Shown here in pieces: positions 22,178 through 32,220 of a DNA stretch of 64,000 nt (positions within the stretch are counted from its first letter, which is position 1; each line of letters opens with the position of its first letter). This DNA is from an uncultured Gemmatimonadales bacterium (GTDB lineage Bacteria; Gemmatimonadota; Gemmatimonadetes; Gemmatimonadales; GWC2-71-9). Both the position numbers and the translations under genes were made by a program. The stretch spans positions 261,674 to 325,673 of the forward strand of contig CAVSQW010000014.1 of the NCBI GenBank assembly GCA_963730185.1, given 5' to 3'. A model generated the notes under the pieces. It was not told where the DNA came from. It was given only the letters and a program-made list of their open reading frames with translations, and ran no database searches.

Positions 22178-23215
22178 GTGCCCATCACCCTCACCGCCGA
22201 GAAGCTCGCCAACGCCCGTGACCTCGCGGCCATCCTGACCCCGGGAACGCGCGTGGCCCTCACGACCCACGTCAACCCCGATGGCGACGGGCTCGGCAGC
22301 GAGGTCGCGCTGGCGCACCTGCTCCAGGCCAACGGCGTCCATGTCGCCATTACCAACCCGACCGCCACGCCGCCTCGCTTCGGGTTCCTCTTTCGCAATC
22401 TGCCCCGGGTGGACCGCACCGCCGAAGCGGTGAAAGAGCTCCGCCGCGCCGAGGCGATCGTGGTGCTCGACATCTCCGATCTCGGCCGGCTCGGCATGTT
22501 GGCCGATACGGTGCGCGACCGAAACGTCCGGACCGGGTGCATCGATCATCACGTGAGCCCCGGAACCTTGCCCGCCGGGCCCCGCTACGTCGATCCGACC
22601 GCGGCCGCTACCGGCGAGCTGGTCTTCGAGCTGGCGATGGCGAACGAGTGGGCCGTGACTCGCGAGGTGGCCCGCGCGCTCTACGTCGCCCTCCTGACCG
22701 ACACCGGCGGGTTCCGATTCAGCAACACCCATCCGCGGACCCTCCGGATCGCCGCCGAGCTGCTCGATCGCGGGCTCGATCCGGAGGCGATCTACCTCGA
22801 CGTGTATGCCGGAGCGCCGGAGGGCCGGGTGCGGCTGCTCGCCGAGGCCCTGTCCACCCTGGTGGTGGAGCCGGAAACGGGGCTGGCGTGGCTGACCGTG
22901 CCGCCCGGGGCGATCGAGCGGCACCGGGTCAGCAGCGACGACCTCGACGGCGTGGTGGAGCACGCCCGCTCGATCCAGGGCGTTCGCCTGGCGATGCTGT
23001 TCCGGGAGATCGCCCACGGCCGGATCAAGGTGTCGCTCCGCTCGGTGGGGCCCGTCGATGTCGCCGCCTTCGCCCGGCAGTTCGGCGGTGGCGGGCACAC
23101 CAAGGCGGCGGGACTGTCGATGGAGGGGTCGCTCGCCTCGGTTCAGGAGCGGGTGCTCGAGGCGGCCCGTGAGTATCTGGGCGCCCGGCACGAAGCCGGC
23201 GTGACCTCTCCCTGA
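22178..23215 (+). CDS. nrnA: DHH/DHHA1 phosphoesterase (NrnA-like)
   Basis: HVNPDGD, IDHH, TDTGGF, GGGGH; -10 TACAAT 6 nt before GTG. Confidence 0.88.
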   Translation: MPITLTAEKLANARDLAAILTPGTRVALTTHVNPDGDGLGSEVALAHLLQANGVHVAITNPTATPPRFGFLFRNLPRVDRTAEAVKELRRAEAIVVLDISDLGRLGMLADTVRDRNVRTGCIDHHVSPGTLPAGPRYVDPTAAATGELVFELAMANEWAVTREVARALYVALLTDTGGFRFSNTHPRTLRIAAELLDRGLDPEAIYLDVYAGAPEGRVRLLAEALSTLVVEPETGLAWLTVPPGAIERHRVSSDDLDGVVEHARSIQGVRLAMLFREIAHGRIKVSLRSVGPVDVAAFARQFGGGGHTKAAGLSMEGSLASVQERVLEAAREYLGARHEAGVTSP

Positions 23216-23272
23216 CGGGTTGATATATTGCCGACTGGACCCGCGGCGAGAGGAGCGGCAGGCTTGGACACA

Positions 23273-23494
23273 ATGGATCGAATCGAGGCGGCGCTGGACT
23301 CGCTCCGGCCCTACATCGCCTCGCATCGGGGCTCGGTCGAGGTCGTCGACTTCGACGAGGACGACGGGCTCTTGACCCTTCGCTTGGGCGGCACCTGTCA
23401 GGGCTGCTCCGCCGCGACGGTCACCCTCCGCCAGGGCATCGAGGTCCGGCTCCGGGAGTCCGTCCCGGAGGTTCGTACCGTACAGGCCCTCTAG
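23273..23494 (+). CDS. NifU-C/Nfu domain Fe-S carrier
   Basis: LRPYIASHRG...GTCQGC...TLRQGIE. Confidence 0.9.
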   Translation: MDRIEAALDSLRPYIASHRGSVEVVDFDEDDGLLTLRLGGTCQGCSAATVTLRQGIEVRLRESVPEVRTVQAL

Positions 23495-23511
23495 CAAATC
23501 GAGGCCCCACC

Positions 23512-24624
23512 GTGTCTGACTCGCTGGAAGCCAGGGTCGGCGCGACCCTCGCCCGGATCAAGAACCCCCGTCTCGACAACGACCTGTTCTCCGCCGGCAT
23601 GGTGCGCGACCTCGCGGTCACCGACGACGGGCGGGTGACCTTCACGTTCCTCCTCGCCAAGCAGGATCCGGCCACGCTGGTGCGAGAGGCTCGGAGTGCC
23701 CTCAAGGCGCTCGAGGGCGTGAGCGAAGTGAAGATCACGGTTGTGGACCCGGCTGCCTCCCAGGGCGCCACCCATGGCCCACCCGGCGCCACCCAGCCCC
23801 AATCCACCGGCATGCCTCGGCCGCCCGAACCGGTGGAGTTCCCCCATCTCGGTCAGGTGATCGCGGTGTCGTCGGGGAAGGGCGGGGTCGGCAAGTCCAC
23901 CGTCACCGCCAACGTCGCGGTGGCGCTCGCCCAGAAGGGGAAGAAGGTCGGGATCCTCGACGCCGACATCTACGGCCCCAACATTCCCCGGATGTTCGGC
24001 CGGTTCGAACGGCCCGAGGTCAAAGACCACCGGATCCAGCCCCTCGAAGCCTTCGGCGTCAAGCTGATGTCGATCGGCTTTCTGGTGGATCGGGATGTCG
24101 CGGCGATCTGGCGCGGACCGATCATCATGAAGGTCCTCCAGCAGTTCCTGCGCGACGTGGAGTGGGGTGAGCTGGACTACTTTCTGGTCGACCTCCCGCC
24201 CGGTACCGGCGACGCCCAGCTCTCCCTGGTGCAGTCGGTCCAAGTCGGCGGCGCCATCATCGTCACCACTCCGCAGGAGATGGCCGTGGGTGACGCGCTC
24301 CGCGGCGCCAAGATGTTCGAGCGGGTCAACGTTCCGGTCGTCGGCATCGTCGAGAACATGAGTGGCTACACCGATCCGGACACCGGCAAGCGGATCGAGT
24401 TCTTCGCGAGCGGCGGCGGTCGGCGGCTGGCCGACGAGTTGGGCGTGCCGCTCCTGGGTGAAGTGCCGCTCCAACCCGGCCTGGCCGCCCAAGCCGACGA
24501 AGGCCGGCCGGCGGTGGCCGGCGCGCCGGACAGCCCGGCCGCGAAAGCGCTGGTGAGCGTGGCGGAGAAGGTGGTCGGGGTGATGGGGGGGCGGAAGGTC
24601 AAGCTGCCGATCATCAACGGGTGA
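23512..24624 (+). CDS. mrp: Mrp/NBP35 (ApbC) Fe-S carrier ATPase
   Basis: SGKGGVGKST, DADIYGP, DLPPGTGD, VENMS. Confidence 0.95.
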   Translation: MSDSLEARVGATLARIKNPRLDNDLFSAGMVRDLAVTDDGRVTFTFLLAKQDPATLVREARSALKALEGVSEVKITVVDPAASQGATHGPPGATQPQSTGMPRPPEPVEFPHLGQVIAVSSGKGGVGKSTVTANVAVALAQKGKKVGILDADIYGPNIPRMFGRFERPEVKDHRIQPLEAFGVKLMSIGFLVDRDVAAIWRGPIIMKVLQQFLRDVEWGELDYFLVDLPPGTGDAQLSLVQSVQVGGAIIVTTPQEMAVGDALRGAKMFERVNVPVVGIVENMSGYTDPDTGKRIEFFASGGGRRLADELGVPLLGEVPLQPGLAAQADEGRPAVAGAPDSPAAKALVSVAEKVVGVMGGRKVKLPIING

Positions 24625-24642
24625 GGGATGGGAGACGGTTCC

Positions 24643-25482
24643 CTATCTCCACTCCACCCTGACCTCCCCCAGCGTCGTCGAGATGTCGAAATCGACCGTC
24701 CGCTTGGCCGTGGCGTAGTTGTCCGAGGTGTAGACGTTGCCGTCGCGGCTGAACCGGTCGGGAGAAAACGAGGCCAGGAACCGGTTCAGGCGGATCCGGA
24801 CCCCCAGGCCCGGGGGCACGGCCAGCGTCACCCCGCCGAGCGTCATGTCGAGCTGCACTCGGGCCGGTGCATTCCAGGCCCCGTCCAGCTCGAGTCGCAC
24901 CGCCCCCACGCCGCCGCCGATGTCCCAGCGGCGGCAGCCGCTGTTGCCCAGCCCCTTCACCACGAACTCCGCGGCGCCCGTGGTCACCACGGCCCGTCGG
25001 CAGAGCGTCGGGTTGACCCGCGAGAACCGGACCTCGGTCCGACTCGCCCCGGTCACCAGTGACAGGTCCTCGAGCCGGAGACCGCCCAGCTCGAGGCTGG
25101 TTTCGGAGGCCCCCAGGTTCGCCTCGAGCGTGAGGGCCACGTCCGGCGACAGCTCCACCACCGCCGACTGAGCCAGTTGGTCGCGTTTCACGACCCAGAG
25201 CCCGCCCGACTTCCGCTTCTCCAGGCCGAGCCGAACCTGACTCCGGTCGCCCTCGAACGCCGCCACCGGTGTGTAGCGGGCGGCGTCGTACTTGAGGTCC
25301 ATCCGGTAGAGTGCGTCGGTGGTCGACGGGCGGAGGAAGAAGGTGCCCGCGGCTAGGTCGATGATGGTATGGAGGCTGGATTCCGACCGGCGGCCGCGCT
25401 CGACCGTGAAGCTCCGCATGTCCTGGGCGGCCCCGATCGAAGGCGCGATCAGGGCCAGCGCCAACAGCGCCCCCGCCCTCAT
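24643..25482 (-). CDS. Secreted beta-solenoid protein (LiaF/toast-rack-like)
   Basis: Signal peptide; repeated LGAS/TGAS/TGAA/GVGA beta units; ATGA-coupled to the upstream gene. Confidence 0.6.
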   Translation of the reverse strand: MRAGALLALALIAPSIGAAQDMRSFTVERGRRSESSLHTIIDLAAGTFFLRPSTTDALYRMDLKYDAARYTPVAAFEGDRSQVRLGLEKRKSGGLWVVKRDQLAQSAVVELSPDVALTLEANLGASETSLELGGLRLEDLSLVTGASRTEVRFSRVNPTLCRRAVVTTGAAEFVVKGLGNSGCRRWDIGGGVGAVRLELDGAWNAPARVQLDMTLGGVTLAVPPGLGVRIRLNRFLASFSPDRFSRDGNVYTSDNYATAKRTVDFDISTTLGEVRVEWR

Positions 25483-26690
25483 GGCCGGGGCGGCCGCTTG
25501 ACCGCGGGCACTCCCTGCTGGGGCGTGGCCCAGAGGTACTCGTCGGTGAGCATCTCGGAGGGCAGATACCGTCCCGCGAAGGCCGGGCGGACCCCCGCCC
25601 GGCTCAAGACCGCCGCGCCGAGACCCACGGTGCCGAGGAGCCAGGTGGTGAGCACCGCGGCCCCGAGCACCAGCCCGCCCGCGAACGGTACCCATCCGAA
25701 CAGCACCCAGGCCAGCCAGACCGCGCCCGCCGACCCGATCCCGATCATGAGGTACCGGTAGCTGTTGGGCGACAGGGCCACCCCGCGCGCCAGCTGACGC
25801 CGGGTATGGGACTCGCCGAGCGCGTGGGCCACCGCGAGGAAGCCGCCCACCACGCCGACGACCACCAGCAGGGCGTAGACGATCACCACGAACGGCACCA
25901 GCAGCGCGCCCACCACACTCAGCACCAAGCCCACCACCAGCATGCCGAACGTCGGCACGACCAGGATCTGGGAGAGCAGGCCGGCCAGAAAGGACCGGAG
26001 GAAGCTGTGGCTGGCGGTGTCGGAGACGACTTCGAGGTACGGCCGGCCGAACGCGACCAACCCGAAGCCGAGCAGCGTCAGGGTGGCCAGGACACCGAGT
26101 ACGCCGGCCAACCGGATGCCGGTGGTCGCGGCGAGACCACGGGGGGCCGCCGGCACGGTGTCGCCCTCGCTGACGCTCCGGCTCTCGCCCAGCACGCTCC
26201 CGCCCAGGTCGCGGACCTGACCTCCCAGGGCCAGAGCGTCGCCGTCGATCACGGCGCCCCGGTGGAGCAGGATGTCGCCGTCGAGCGTCACCAGGTTGCC
26301 GGTAACCCGGCCATAGACATCGGCCTGGCCCCGGATCACCAGGAGATCGCCCTCGAGCGACTGACCGGATCCCACGCTGAAACGCCCTAGCCGAGCCTGT
26401 CCGTTCGGGACCCGGAGCTTGAGGTTGGCGTACGGAGCCCGGACCAGCTCCCGGAGCCGCCGCTCGAGCGCCATCGGGTCGTCGATCCGGGAGAGCGACA
26501 CCACCGGCGCGCTGGGGTCGTCCTGCGGGATCACCTGAGGGTCGATGGTTTCCCGCTGCTGCCCGCCGAGGGCGGGAGGGAGCAGGCTCTTCAGCTGAGT
26601 GAGGGTGCGGGTCGGGTCGGCGGCGGGAGCGGGATGAAGCGGTGCGACACCCGCCAAGCCCAGAAGGAGAAGTAGCTCAGGCCCGGGCAT
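25479..26690 (-). CDS. Membrane protein with bactofilin-like beta-helix and multiple TM helices
   Basis: GDLLVIRGQADVYGRVTGNLVTLDGDI...GDALALGG repeats, followed by about 5 TM segments. Confidence 0.7.
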   Translation of the reverse strand: MPGPELLLLLGLAGVAPLHPAPAADPTRTLTQLKSLLPPALGGQQRETIDPQVIPQDDPSAPVVSLSRIDDPMALERRLRELVRAPYANLKLRVPNGQARLGRFSVGSGQSLEGDLLVIRGQADVYGRVTGNLVTLDGDILLHRGAVIDGDALALGGQVRDLGGSVLGESRSVSEGDTVPAAPRGLAATTGIRLAGVLGVLATLTLLGFGLVAFGRPYLEVVSDTASHSFLRSFLAGLLSQILVVPTFGMLVVGLVLSVVGALLVPFVVIVYALLVVVGVVGGFLAVAHALGESHTRRQLARGVALSPNSYRYLMIGIGSAGAVWLAWVLFGWVPFAGGLVLGAAVLTTWLLGTVGLGAAVLSRAGVRPAFAGRYLPSEMLTDEYLWATPQQGVPAVKRPPRP

Positions 26691-27261
26691 GCGGCACCGA
26701 GTCGGCCGAAGGAGTCATCAGTCGGCGCAGCGCCAGGAGGCCCGACGCGTAGACCGCGAGCCCGACCAGCCCCCCGACCGCCAGCCGGGCCGGCTCCAGC
26801 AGCGCCGACCGGACGGCCTCGAACCAGGGCTGCCCGGCGACCCCTGCCGCGAGCCCGCGAAGCGCCAACCAGGCCGCCTGCGCGGTCTCGGCGCCGGCGC
26901 CGGTCAGCCAGGCGTCGAGCGTCGCCCGATTCGTGGCCGACCAGGCCACGCTCGCCACGACCCCCGCCGCCACGGTGACCAGCGTCGCGATTCGCCGCCG
27001 AGTCAGTCGCGGGAACGAGAGCACCGGCACCCGGGCCGGCTTCGCGATCTCGATCCGCGTCATGACCCGCTCCCCGAAACCGTCTCGCGGACCGAATGAC
27101 TCCAACCGACCGAGCGCGTCGAGCACGAACCGGTCGGACACCGCCAACTGGCGGCATTCCTCGCACGTTTCGAGATGCAACCGCATCTCGGAACTCAGCG
27201 CTTCAGTGTGAAACGCGTCGAGGTCGTCTGCGGTGAGGTGCTTCGTCGGCCACGGTGTCAT
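26677..27261 (-). CDS. Membrane-anchored zinc-binding anti-sigma factor
   Basis: HLETCEEC (HxxxCxxC) plus two TM segments; downstream of an ECF sigma. Confidence 0.8.
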   Translation of the reverse strand: MTPWPTKHLTADDLDAFHTEALSSEMRLHLETCEECRQLAVSDRFVLDALGRLESFGPRDGFGERVMTRIEIAKPARVPVLSFPRLTRRRIATLVTVAAGVVASVAWSATNRATLDAWLTGAGAETAQAAWLALRGLAAGVAGQPWFEAVRSALLEPARLAVGGLVGLAVYASGLLALRRLMTPSADSVPHARA

Positions 27262-27272
27262 AGTCGTCCCTC

Positions 27273-27300
27273 TTACGGGGGCGTCGCTGAAGGGGTTTCA
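27273..27300 (-). promoter_or_regulatory. ECF (SigW/SigM-type) promoter upstream of the anti-sigma gene
   Basis: TGAAAC (27300-27295) - 17 nt - CGTAA. Confidence 0.6.
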
Positions 27301-27410
27301 GGGAGAGGGTTGGAAGAGAAGGGAGAGATGGGGAGGGACGGGGCGGGACGTGAAGCAGCAATGAAATTCCTTCCAGTCTCTCCCCATCGTCCCCGCCCAC
27401 GCCGTCTCAT
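27301..27410. repeat. Inverted decamer-array element 2
   Basis: GGGAGAGATG GGAGGGACGG GGCGGGACG ... CCAGTCTCTC CCCATCGTCC CCGCCC. Confidence 0.7.
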
Positions 27411-28012
27411 CTCTTCAAGTGCCCCAGTGCGATGCGAAGTTCGTTCCGCGCGCGGTGGATGTAGGTCTTCACCGTTCCGAGCGGCAAGCCCAGGATCTCG
27501 GCGATCTCTTCGTAGGTGCGGCCCTCGACGTGGCGGAGCAGGATGCACGAGCGGTACTCGGGGCGGAGCTTGTCGATCGCGGCCTCGATCGACCGGCCCA
27601 GCTCGCGGTTCTCCACCTCCTCGAGCTGGGTCTCGCCCCGGTCGCCCAGCTGGAGCGCCGTAGCCTGGATCATCTCGGGTGTCTCGGCGTGGGGCGAGCC
27701 TTCGAGCGACAGGGTGTCCAGCTCGCGCTTCCGGAGATGGTCGATCGCGGCGTTGTTGGCGATCTTGAAGACCCACGAGGAGAACTTGAACTCGGGCCGG
27801 TAGGTGTGGACGGCGTTCAGGACCTTGATGAACGTCTCCTGGGAGAGGTCCTCGGCCAGCTCGCGGTTCCGGACCATCCGGAAGATGAGCGAGAAGACGG
27901 GCCGCTCGTACCGGCGGATCAGCTCGCGAAAGGCGAGCTCGCTTCCCTGTTTCGCGAGGGCGACGACCTCTTGGTCGGTGGCCTCCCGGAGATCGGACGG
28001 ACGTTCCGTCAC
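27407..28012 (-). CDS. ECF RNA polymerase sigma factor (SigW/RpoE-like)
   Basis: AEDLSQETFIK, FSSWVFKIANNAAIDHLRKR, YEEIAEILGLPLGTVKTYIHRAR. Confidence 0.93.
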   Translation of the reverse strand: MTERPSDLREATDQEVVALAKQGSELAFRELIRRYERPVFSLIFRMVRNRELAEDLSQETFIKVLNAVHTYRPEFKFSSWVFKIANNAAIDHLRKRELDTLSLEGSPHAETPEMIQATALQLGDRGETQLEEVENRELGRSIEAAIDKLRPEYRSCILLRHVEGRTYEEIAEILGLPLGTVKTYIHRARNELRIALGHLKR

Positions 28013-28060
28013 CGGGCCCCGGTTGCGTCGGGGTTTCCGGCCAGCCTAATTTGAGCGGCT

Positions 28061-28798
28061 ATGTTGGCTACCGACAGGGATTTACCCATCGACGGCGGGG
28101 TCGAGAAGCGGGCGTACGTCCGGGGTGTCTTCACGGCGATCGCGCCGCGGTACGATCTGCTCAACCATCTCCTGAGCCTCAACGTCGATCGGCGCTGGCG
28201 CCGGGTGGCCGTGGACGAATTGGGCTGGACCGAGCATCCCAACGGGACCTTTCTCGACCTCTGCGCCGGAACGTTGGACCTGGCGGCCGAATTGGGCAAC
28301 CGGTCCGGCTTCGGCGGTCGGGTGTTCGGGGCCGACTTCGTGCAGCCCATGCTGGCGCTGGGGCGCGACAAATCCGCCGCCGTGGTCCCGATCACCGCCG
28401 ACGCGCTCGAGCTCCCCTTCCCGAGCGAGGCCTTCGACGGTGCCACCGTCGGCTTCGGCGTTCGGAACCTGATCGACCTCCAGCGAGGCCTGACCGAGGC
28501 CGCCCGGGTGTTGCGCCCCGGGGCGCGGTTCGTGGTGCTGGAGTTCAGCACCCCACGCTCGAGGGCCTTTCGGGCCGCCTACCTCTTCTACTTCCGGCGG
28601 GTCCTACCCTTCATCGGACGTCTCGTGTCGAAACATAGGAACGCCTACACCTACCTGCCAGAGTCGGTCCTGGCCTTTCCCGATCCCGACGCCCTGAAGG
28701 CGATGCTCGAGCGGGCCGGCTTCCGGAAGGTCCGCTACCAGCTTCTGCTCGGCGGGATCTGTGCCCTGCACGTGGGGGAGAAGGCTCCCGTCTCATGA
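28061..28798 (+). CDS. menG: Demethylmenaquinone methyltransferase
   Basis: IAPRYDLLNHLLS, LDLCAGT, FGVRN, YTYLPES. Confidence 0.9.
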   Translation: MLATDRDLPIDGGVEKRAYVRGVFTAIAPRYDLLNHLLSLNVDRRWRRVAVDELGWTEHPNGTFLDLCAGTLDLAAELGNRSGFGGRVFGADFVQPMLALGRDKSAAVVPITADALELPFPSEAFDGATVGFGVRNLIDLQRGLTEAARVLRPGARFVVLEFSTPRSRAFRAAYLFYFRRVLPFIGRLVSKHRNAYTYLPESVLAFPDPDALKAMLERAGFRKVRYQLLLGGICALHVGEKAPVS

Positions 28799-30288
28799 CG
28801 GTCGACTCGCTCCGGGGGTTCGTGGAGGGCATCGAGAAGATCGGCGAGTTGGTGCGGGTTCGGCACCCTGTGCGGACCCGGCTCGAGATCGCCGAGATCG
28901 CCGATCGGGTGATGAAGAGCCCCGGAGGGGGGCCGGCTCTCCTGTTCGAGAACGCGATCCTGGACGACGGCCGGCCGAGCCCGATCCCGGTGGGGATCAA
29001 CCTGTTCGGCTCGATGCGGCGGATGTGCCTGGCGATGGGGGTAGACGACCTCGACCAGATCGGGGCTCGGATCACCGAGCTGCTCCAGCTCAAGGTGCCC
29101 GACACCCTGCTGGGGAAGCTCTCGCTGCTCCCCAAGTTGGCCGAGGTGGCGAAGTTCCCGCCCCGGACCCGGAGCGGGCGGGGTGCCTGCCAGGCCGTGG
29201 TGCACCAGGGCGCCGACGTCGACCTGAACGCCCTGCCCGTACTCACCACCTGGCCCGGCGACGGCGGGCCCTACCTCACGTTCCCGATGGTCATCACCCG
29301 CGATCCCCGGACCGCGGTCCGGAACGTCGGGATGTACCGGGTGCAGGTGATCGGCCGCGATGCGGTGGCCATGCATTGGCAGCGTCACAAGGTGGGGGCC
29401 GCGCACTGGCGGGAGATGGCGGAGCGGGGCGAGAAGATGCCGGTCGTGATCGCGCTCGGCGCCGATCCGCCCAGCATGTACTCGGCCTCCGCGCCCCTTC
29501 CGCCGATGATCGACGAATTCATCTTCGCGGGCTTTCTCCGGAAGAAGCCGGTGGAGCTGGTCAAGGCGATCACCTGCGACCTCGAGGTGCCGGCCGAGGC
29601 CGACATCGTGCTCGAGGGCTACATCGACCCGGCCGAGCCGCTGGTGACTGAAGGACCGTTCGGCGACCACACCGGCTTCTATTCGCTGGCGGATCTCTAC
29701 CCCAAGGTGCATGTCACCTGCCTGACCACGCGGCGGGAGCCGATCCTCCCGGCCACGCTGGTCGGGCCCCCGCCGATGGAGGACTACTTCCTGGGCCATG
29801 CCACCGAGCGGATCTTCCTGCCGCTCCTCCGGCTCACCACTCCCGAGGTCGTGGACTACCACATGCCGGCCTACGGCATCTTTCACAACCTGGTGTTCGT
29901 CGCCATCGACAAGCAGTTCCCGGGGCACGCCTACAAGGTGATGAACGCCCTCTGGGGCGCCGGGCTGATGTCGCTCGCGAAGGTGCTGGTGGTCGTCGAC
30001 AAGCACGTCAACGTCCGGAACCCGGACGAGGCCTGGTGGGTGGCGCTCAACAACATCGATCCGGAGCGCGATGTCCGGTTCACGAAAGGCCCGGTCGACG
30101 TGCTCGATCACGCCAGCCGGGCCTTCACCTACGGGAGCAAGATGGGCATCGACGCCACCCGGAAGTGGCCCGAGGAGGGCTTTGGCCGGGAGTGGCCCGA
30201 GCTCATCACCATGGACGCCGAGACCAAGGCTCGGGTCGACGCGATGTGGGGCCAGCTGGGCATCCGGCTCCCGGAGCGCCCTCGATGA
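28795..30288 (+). CDS. ubiD: UbiD-family decarboxylase (MqnL-like)
   Basis: NVGMYR, EGPFGDHTGFY, KMGIDATRK. Confidence 0.92.
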   Translation: MTVDSLRGFVEGIEKIGELVRVRHPVRTRLEIAEIADRVMKSPGGGPALLFENAILDDGRPSPIPVGINLFGSMRRMCLAMGVDDLDQIGARITELLQLKVPDTLLGKLSLLPKLAEVAKFPPRTRSGRGACQAVVHQGADVDLNALPVLTTWPGDGGPYLTFPMVITRDPRTAVRNVGMYRVQVIGRDAVAMHWQRHKVGAAHWREMAERGEKMPVVIALGADPPSMYSASAPLPPMIDEFIFAGFLRKKPVELVKAITCDLEVPAEADIVLEGYIDPAEPLVTEGPFGDHTGFYSLADLYPKVHVTCLTTRREPILPATLVGPPPMEDYFLGHATERIFLPLLRLTTPEVVDYHMPAYGIFHNLVFVAIDKQFPGHAYKVMNALWGAGLMSLAKVLVVVDKHVNVRNPDEAWWVALNNIDPERDVRFTKGPVDVLDHASRAFTYGSKMGIDATRKWPEEGFGREWPELITMDAETKARVDAMWGQLGIRLPERPR

Positions 30289-31190
30289 GCCACGCGGTTC
30301 CCCGGCGGGAAGGCCAGACCTTTGAGGGCGCGTCGCTCCTGGTCCGGTACGTCAACTTCGTCAAGCTGCCGCACACCCTCTTCGCCCTGCCCTTCGCGCT
30401 GCTGGGCGTCTTGGCGGCGTCGCTTCTGGTGCCCCTCACCGTGAAGACGGTGCTCTTGGTGGTGATCGCGTTCTCGACCGCCCGTTGGGTGGCGATGGGG
30501 TTCAACCGGATCGCCGACCGCGAGGTCGATGCCCGGAACCCGCGGACCCGGAACCGGGAGCTCCCCACCGGCGCGCTGAGCCTCAGGCAGGCCTGGTGGT
30601 CGGTGCTGATCGCCGCCACGCTCTTCGTGATGACGAGCGCCGCGCTCAACCGGGTCTGCCTGGTGCTCTCGCCGGCGGCGCTCGTCTGGATCATGACCTA
30701 CAGCTTCGCCAAGCGGTTCACCTGGTGGCCGCACCTCTGGCTGGGGGTCAGCCTGGCGATCGCGCCGGTCGGTGGCTACCTGGCGGTGGCGGGGCAGTGG
30801 AGCCGGCCGTGGTGGGTGCTGGTGGCCATCACCATCGGCGTGGCCAGCTGGGTCGCCGGGTTCGACATGTTCTACGCCCTCCCCGACGCGGACTTCGACC
30901 GGGGCGAAGGGCTCCGGAGCGCGGTGGTGCGGTTGGGCGAGCGGCGCGCGATCCTCGCGGCCAAGCTGCTCCACGGCCTGACCATTCCGGCCCTGGCGCT
31001 GTTCGGGTGGGGTGCCGGATTCGGAGGCTGGTACTACGTCGGACTGGTGGTGGCAGCCGGGATCCTCCTCTACGAGCACCGATTGGTGAGGCCCGGCGAC
31101 CTCTCCCGGCTCAACGCGGCGTTTTTCACGATGAACGGCGTGATGAGTCTCACCGTGTTCGGCTTTGCGGTGTTGGACCGGGTCTTGTGA
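30285..31190 (+). CDS. ubiA: UbiA-like polyprenyltransferase (MqnP-like)
   Basis: KLPHTLFALPF, NRIADREVDARNPRTRNRE, GFDMFYA, FFTMNG. Confidence 0.9.
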   Translation: MSHAVPRREGQTFEGASLLVRYVNFVKLPHTLFALPFALLGVLAASLLVPLTVKTVLLVVIAFSTARWVAMGFNRIADREVDARNPRTRNRELPTGALSLRQAWWSVLIAATLFVMTSAALNRVCLVLSPAALVWIMTYSFAKRFTWWPHLWLGVSLAIAPVGGYLAVAGQWSRPWWVLVAITIGVASWVAGFDMFYALPDADFDRGEGLRSAVVRLGERRAILAAKLLHGLTIPALALFGWGAGFGGWYYVGLVVAAGILLYEHRLVRPGDLSRLNAAFFTMNGVMSLTVFGFAVLDRVL

Positions 31191-31367
31191 CGGACCGGCG
31201 AACGGTCGCCGGTCGGAGGGGCCGGGCGGAAAGGGCGGGCGTCGGTCGGGTGGGCCGCACCGGCGGCCGGCCGACGCTGCGCCGGCTGGCGGGGGGCGGC
31301 CGGGGCCCACCCACCCGGTGCCTCCAAAGCATCCGGTCAAGTCGCCGACACCGAATCGGAGGGGACG

Positions 31368-31952
31368 ATGAACGAGCGGCCGCTGGTCATGGCGATCACG
31401 GGGGCCTCGGGCGCGCCGTACGCGGTGCGGCTGCTGGAGGTGCTGGCCCGAGCCGGGACACCGGTCTGGCTGATTGTGTCCCGACACGGGCGGCGGCTCC
31501 TGGCCGAAGAGTGCGCCATCGAGGACCTCGACGGCCTCCGGGCACGAACCGGCGGCGACTGGTCCAGTGTCACGGCCTTTACCGACGACGACCGCGGCGC
31601 CAAGCCGGCCTCGGGGTCGCAGCGGACCCGCGGGATGGTCATCTGTCCCTGCTCGATGGGCACGGTGTCGGCCGTCTCACAGGGCTCGAGCCGGAGCCTG
31701 GTGGAGCGCGCCGCGGACGTAACCTTGAAGGAGGGTCGGAAGCTGGTGCTGGTGATGCGCGAGACGCCGCTTTCCCGGGTGCACCTCCGGAACCTCCTGG
31801 CGGTGGCCGAGGCGGGCGCCACCGTCCTGCCGGCGGCGCCGGGCTTCTACCACCGGCCGACCCGGATCGAGGAGCTGGTCGACTTCGTAGTGCAGCGGAT
31901 CCTGGACCAGCTCGGCCTCGAGATCGAGATGGCGCGGCGCTGGGAGGGGTAG
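31368..31952 (+). CDS. ubiX: Flavin prenyltransferase
   Basis: AITGASG, PCSMGT, RETP, PGFYHRP. Confidence 0.95.
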   Translation: MNERPLVMAITGASGAPYAVRLLEVLARAGTPVWLIVSRHGRRLLAEECAIEDLDGLRARTGGDWSSVTAFTDDDRGAKPASGSQRTRGMVICPCSMGTVSAVSQGSSRSLVERAADVTLKEGRKLVLVMRETPLSRVHLRNLLAVAEAGATVLPAAPGFYHRPTRIEELVDFVVQRILDQLGLEIEMARRWEG

Positions 31953-31956
31953 ACCC

Positions 31957-32220
31957 TCAGGGGCCGCAGCGCCGGATCAGGGCGCGAACGGTCTGCTCCA
32001 GCTCGGCGAGCGAGGGGTCGCCGGCGGTGGCGCCGGTGTCGCGAATCCGCCGGAGTAGCTCCTGTTGGATCTCGAAGGCCCGGAAACAGTTCCCGCAGTG
32101 GTCGAGGTGGTCCTGGACCAGAGCGACCCGCTCGGGGGTGAGCTCGCCGTCGAGGTAGTCCCAGAGCTGCCGGACCGCGGCCGCGCAATCCAGCTCGGGG
32201 CCCGTGGTGTCGCCGCTCAT
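31957..32220 (-). CDS. Soluble ZAS anti-sigma factor (RshA/RsrA-like)
   Basis: C...LWDYLDGEL...HLDHCGNC; ATGA-coupled to the sigma gene. Confidence 0.88.
   Translation of the reverse strand: MSGDTTGPELDCAAAVRQLWDYLDGELTPERVALVQDHLDHCGNCFRAFEIQQELLRRIRDTGATAGDPSLAELEQTVRALIRRCGP

Noticed and set aside
31191..31367. GC-rich palindromic spacer between ubiA and ubiX (similar ones at 47240-47375 and 50690-50765)
   Set aside because: No shared consensus beyond GGCC-rich low complexity, and no credible ORF.
28061..31952. Novel aromatic decarboxylation cluster
   Set aside because: menG + ubiD + ubiA + ubiX is the ordinary late futalosine-route menaquinone gene set.
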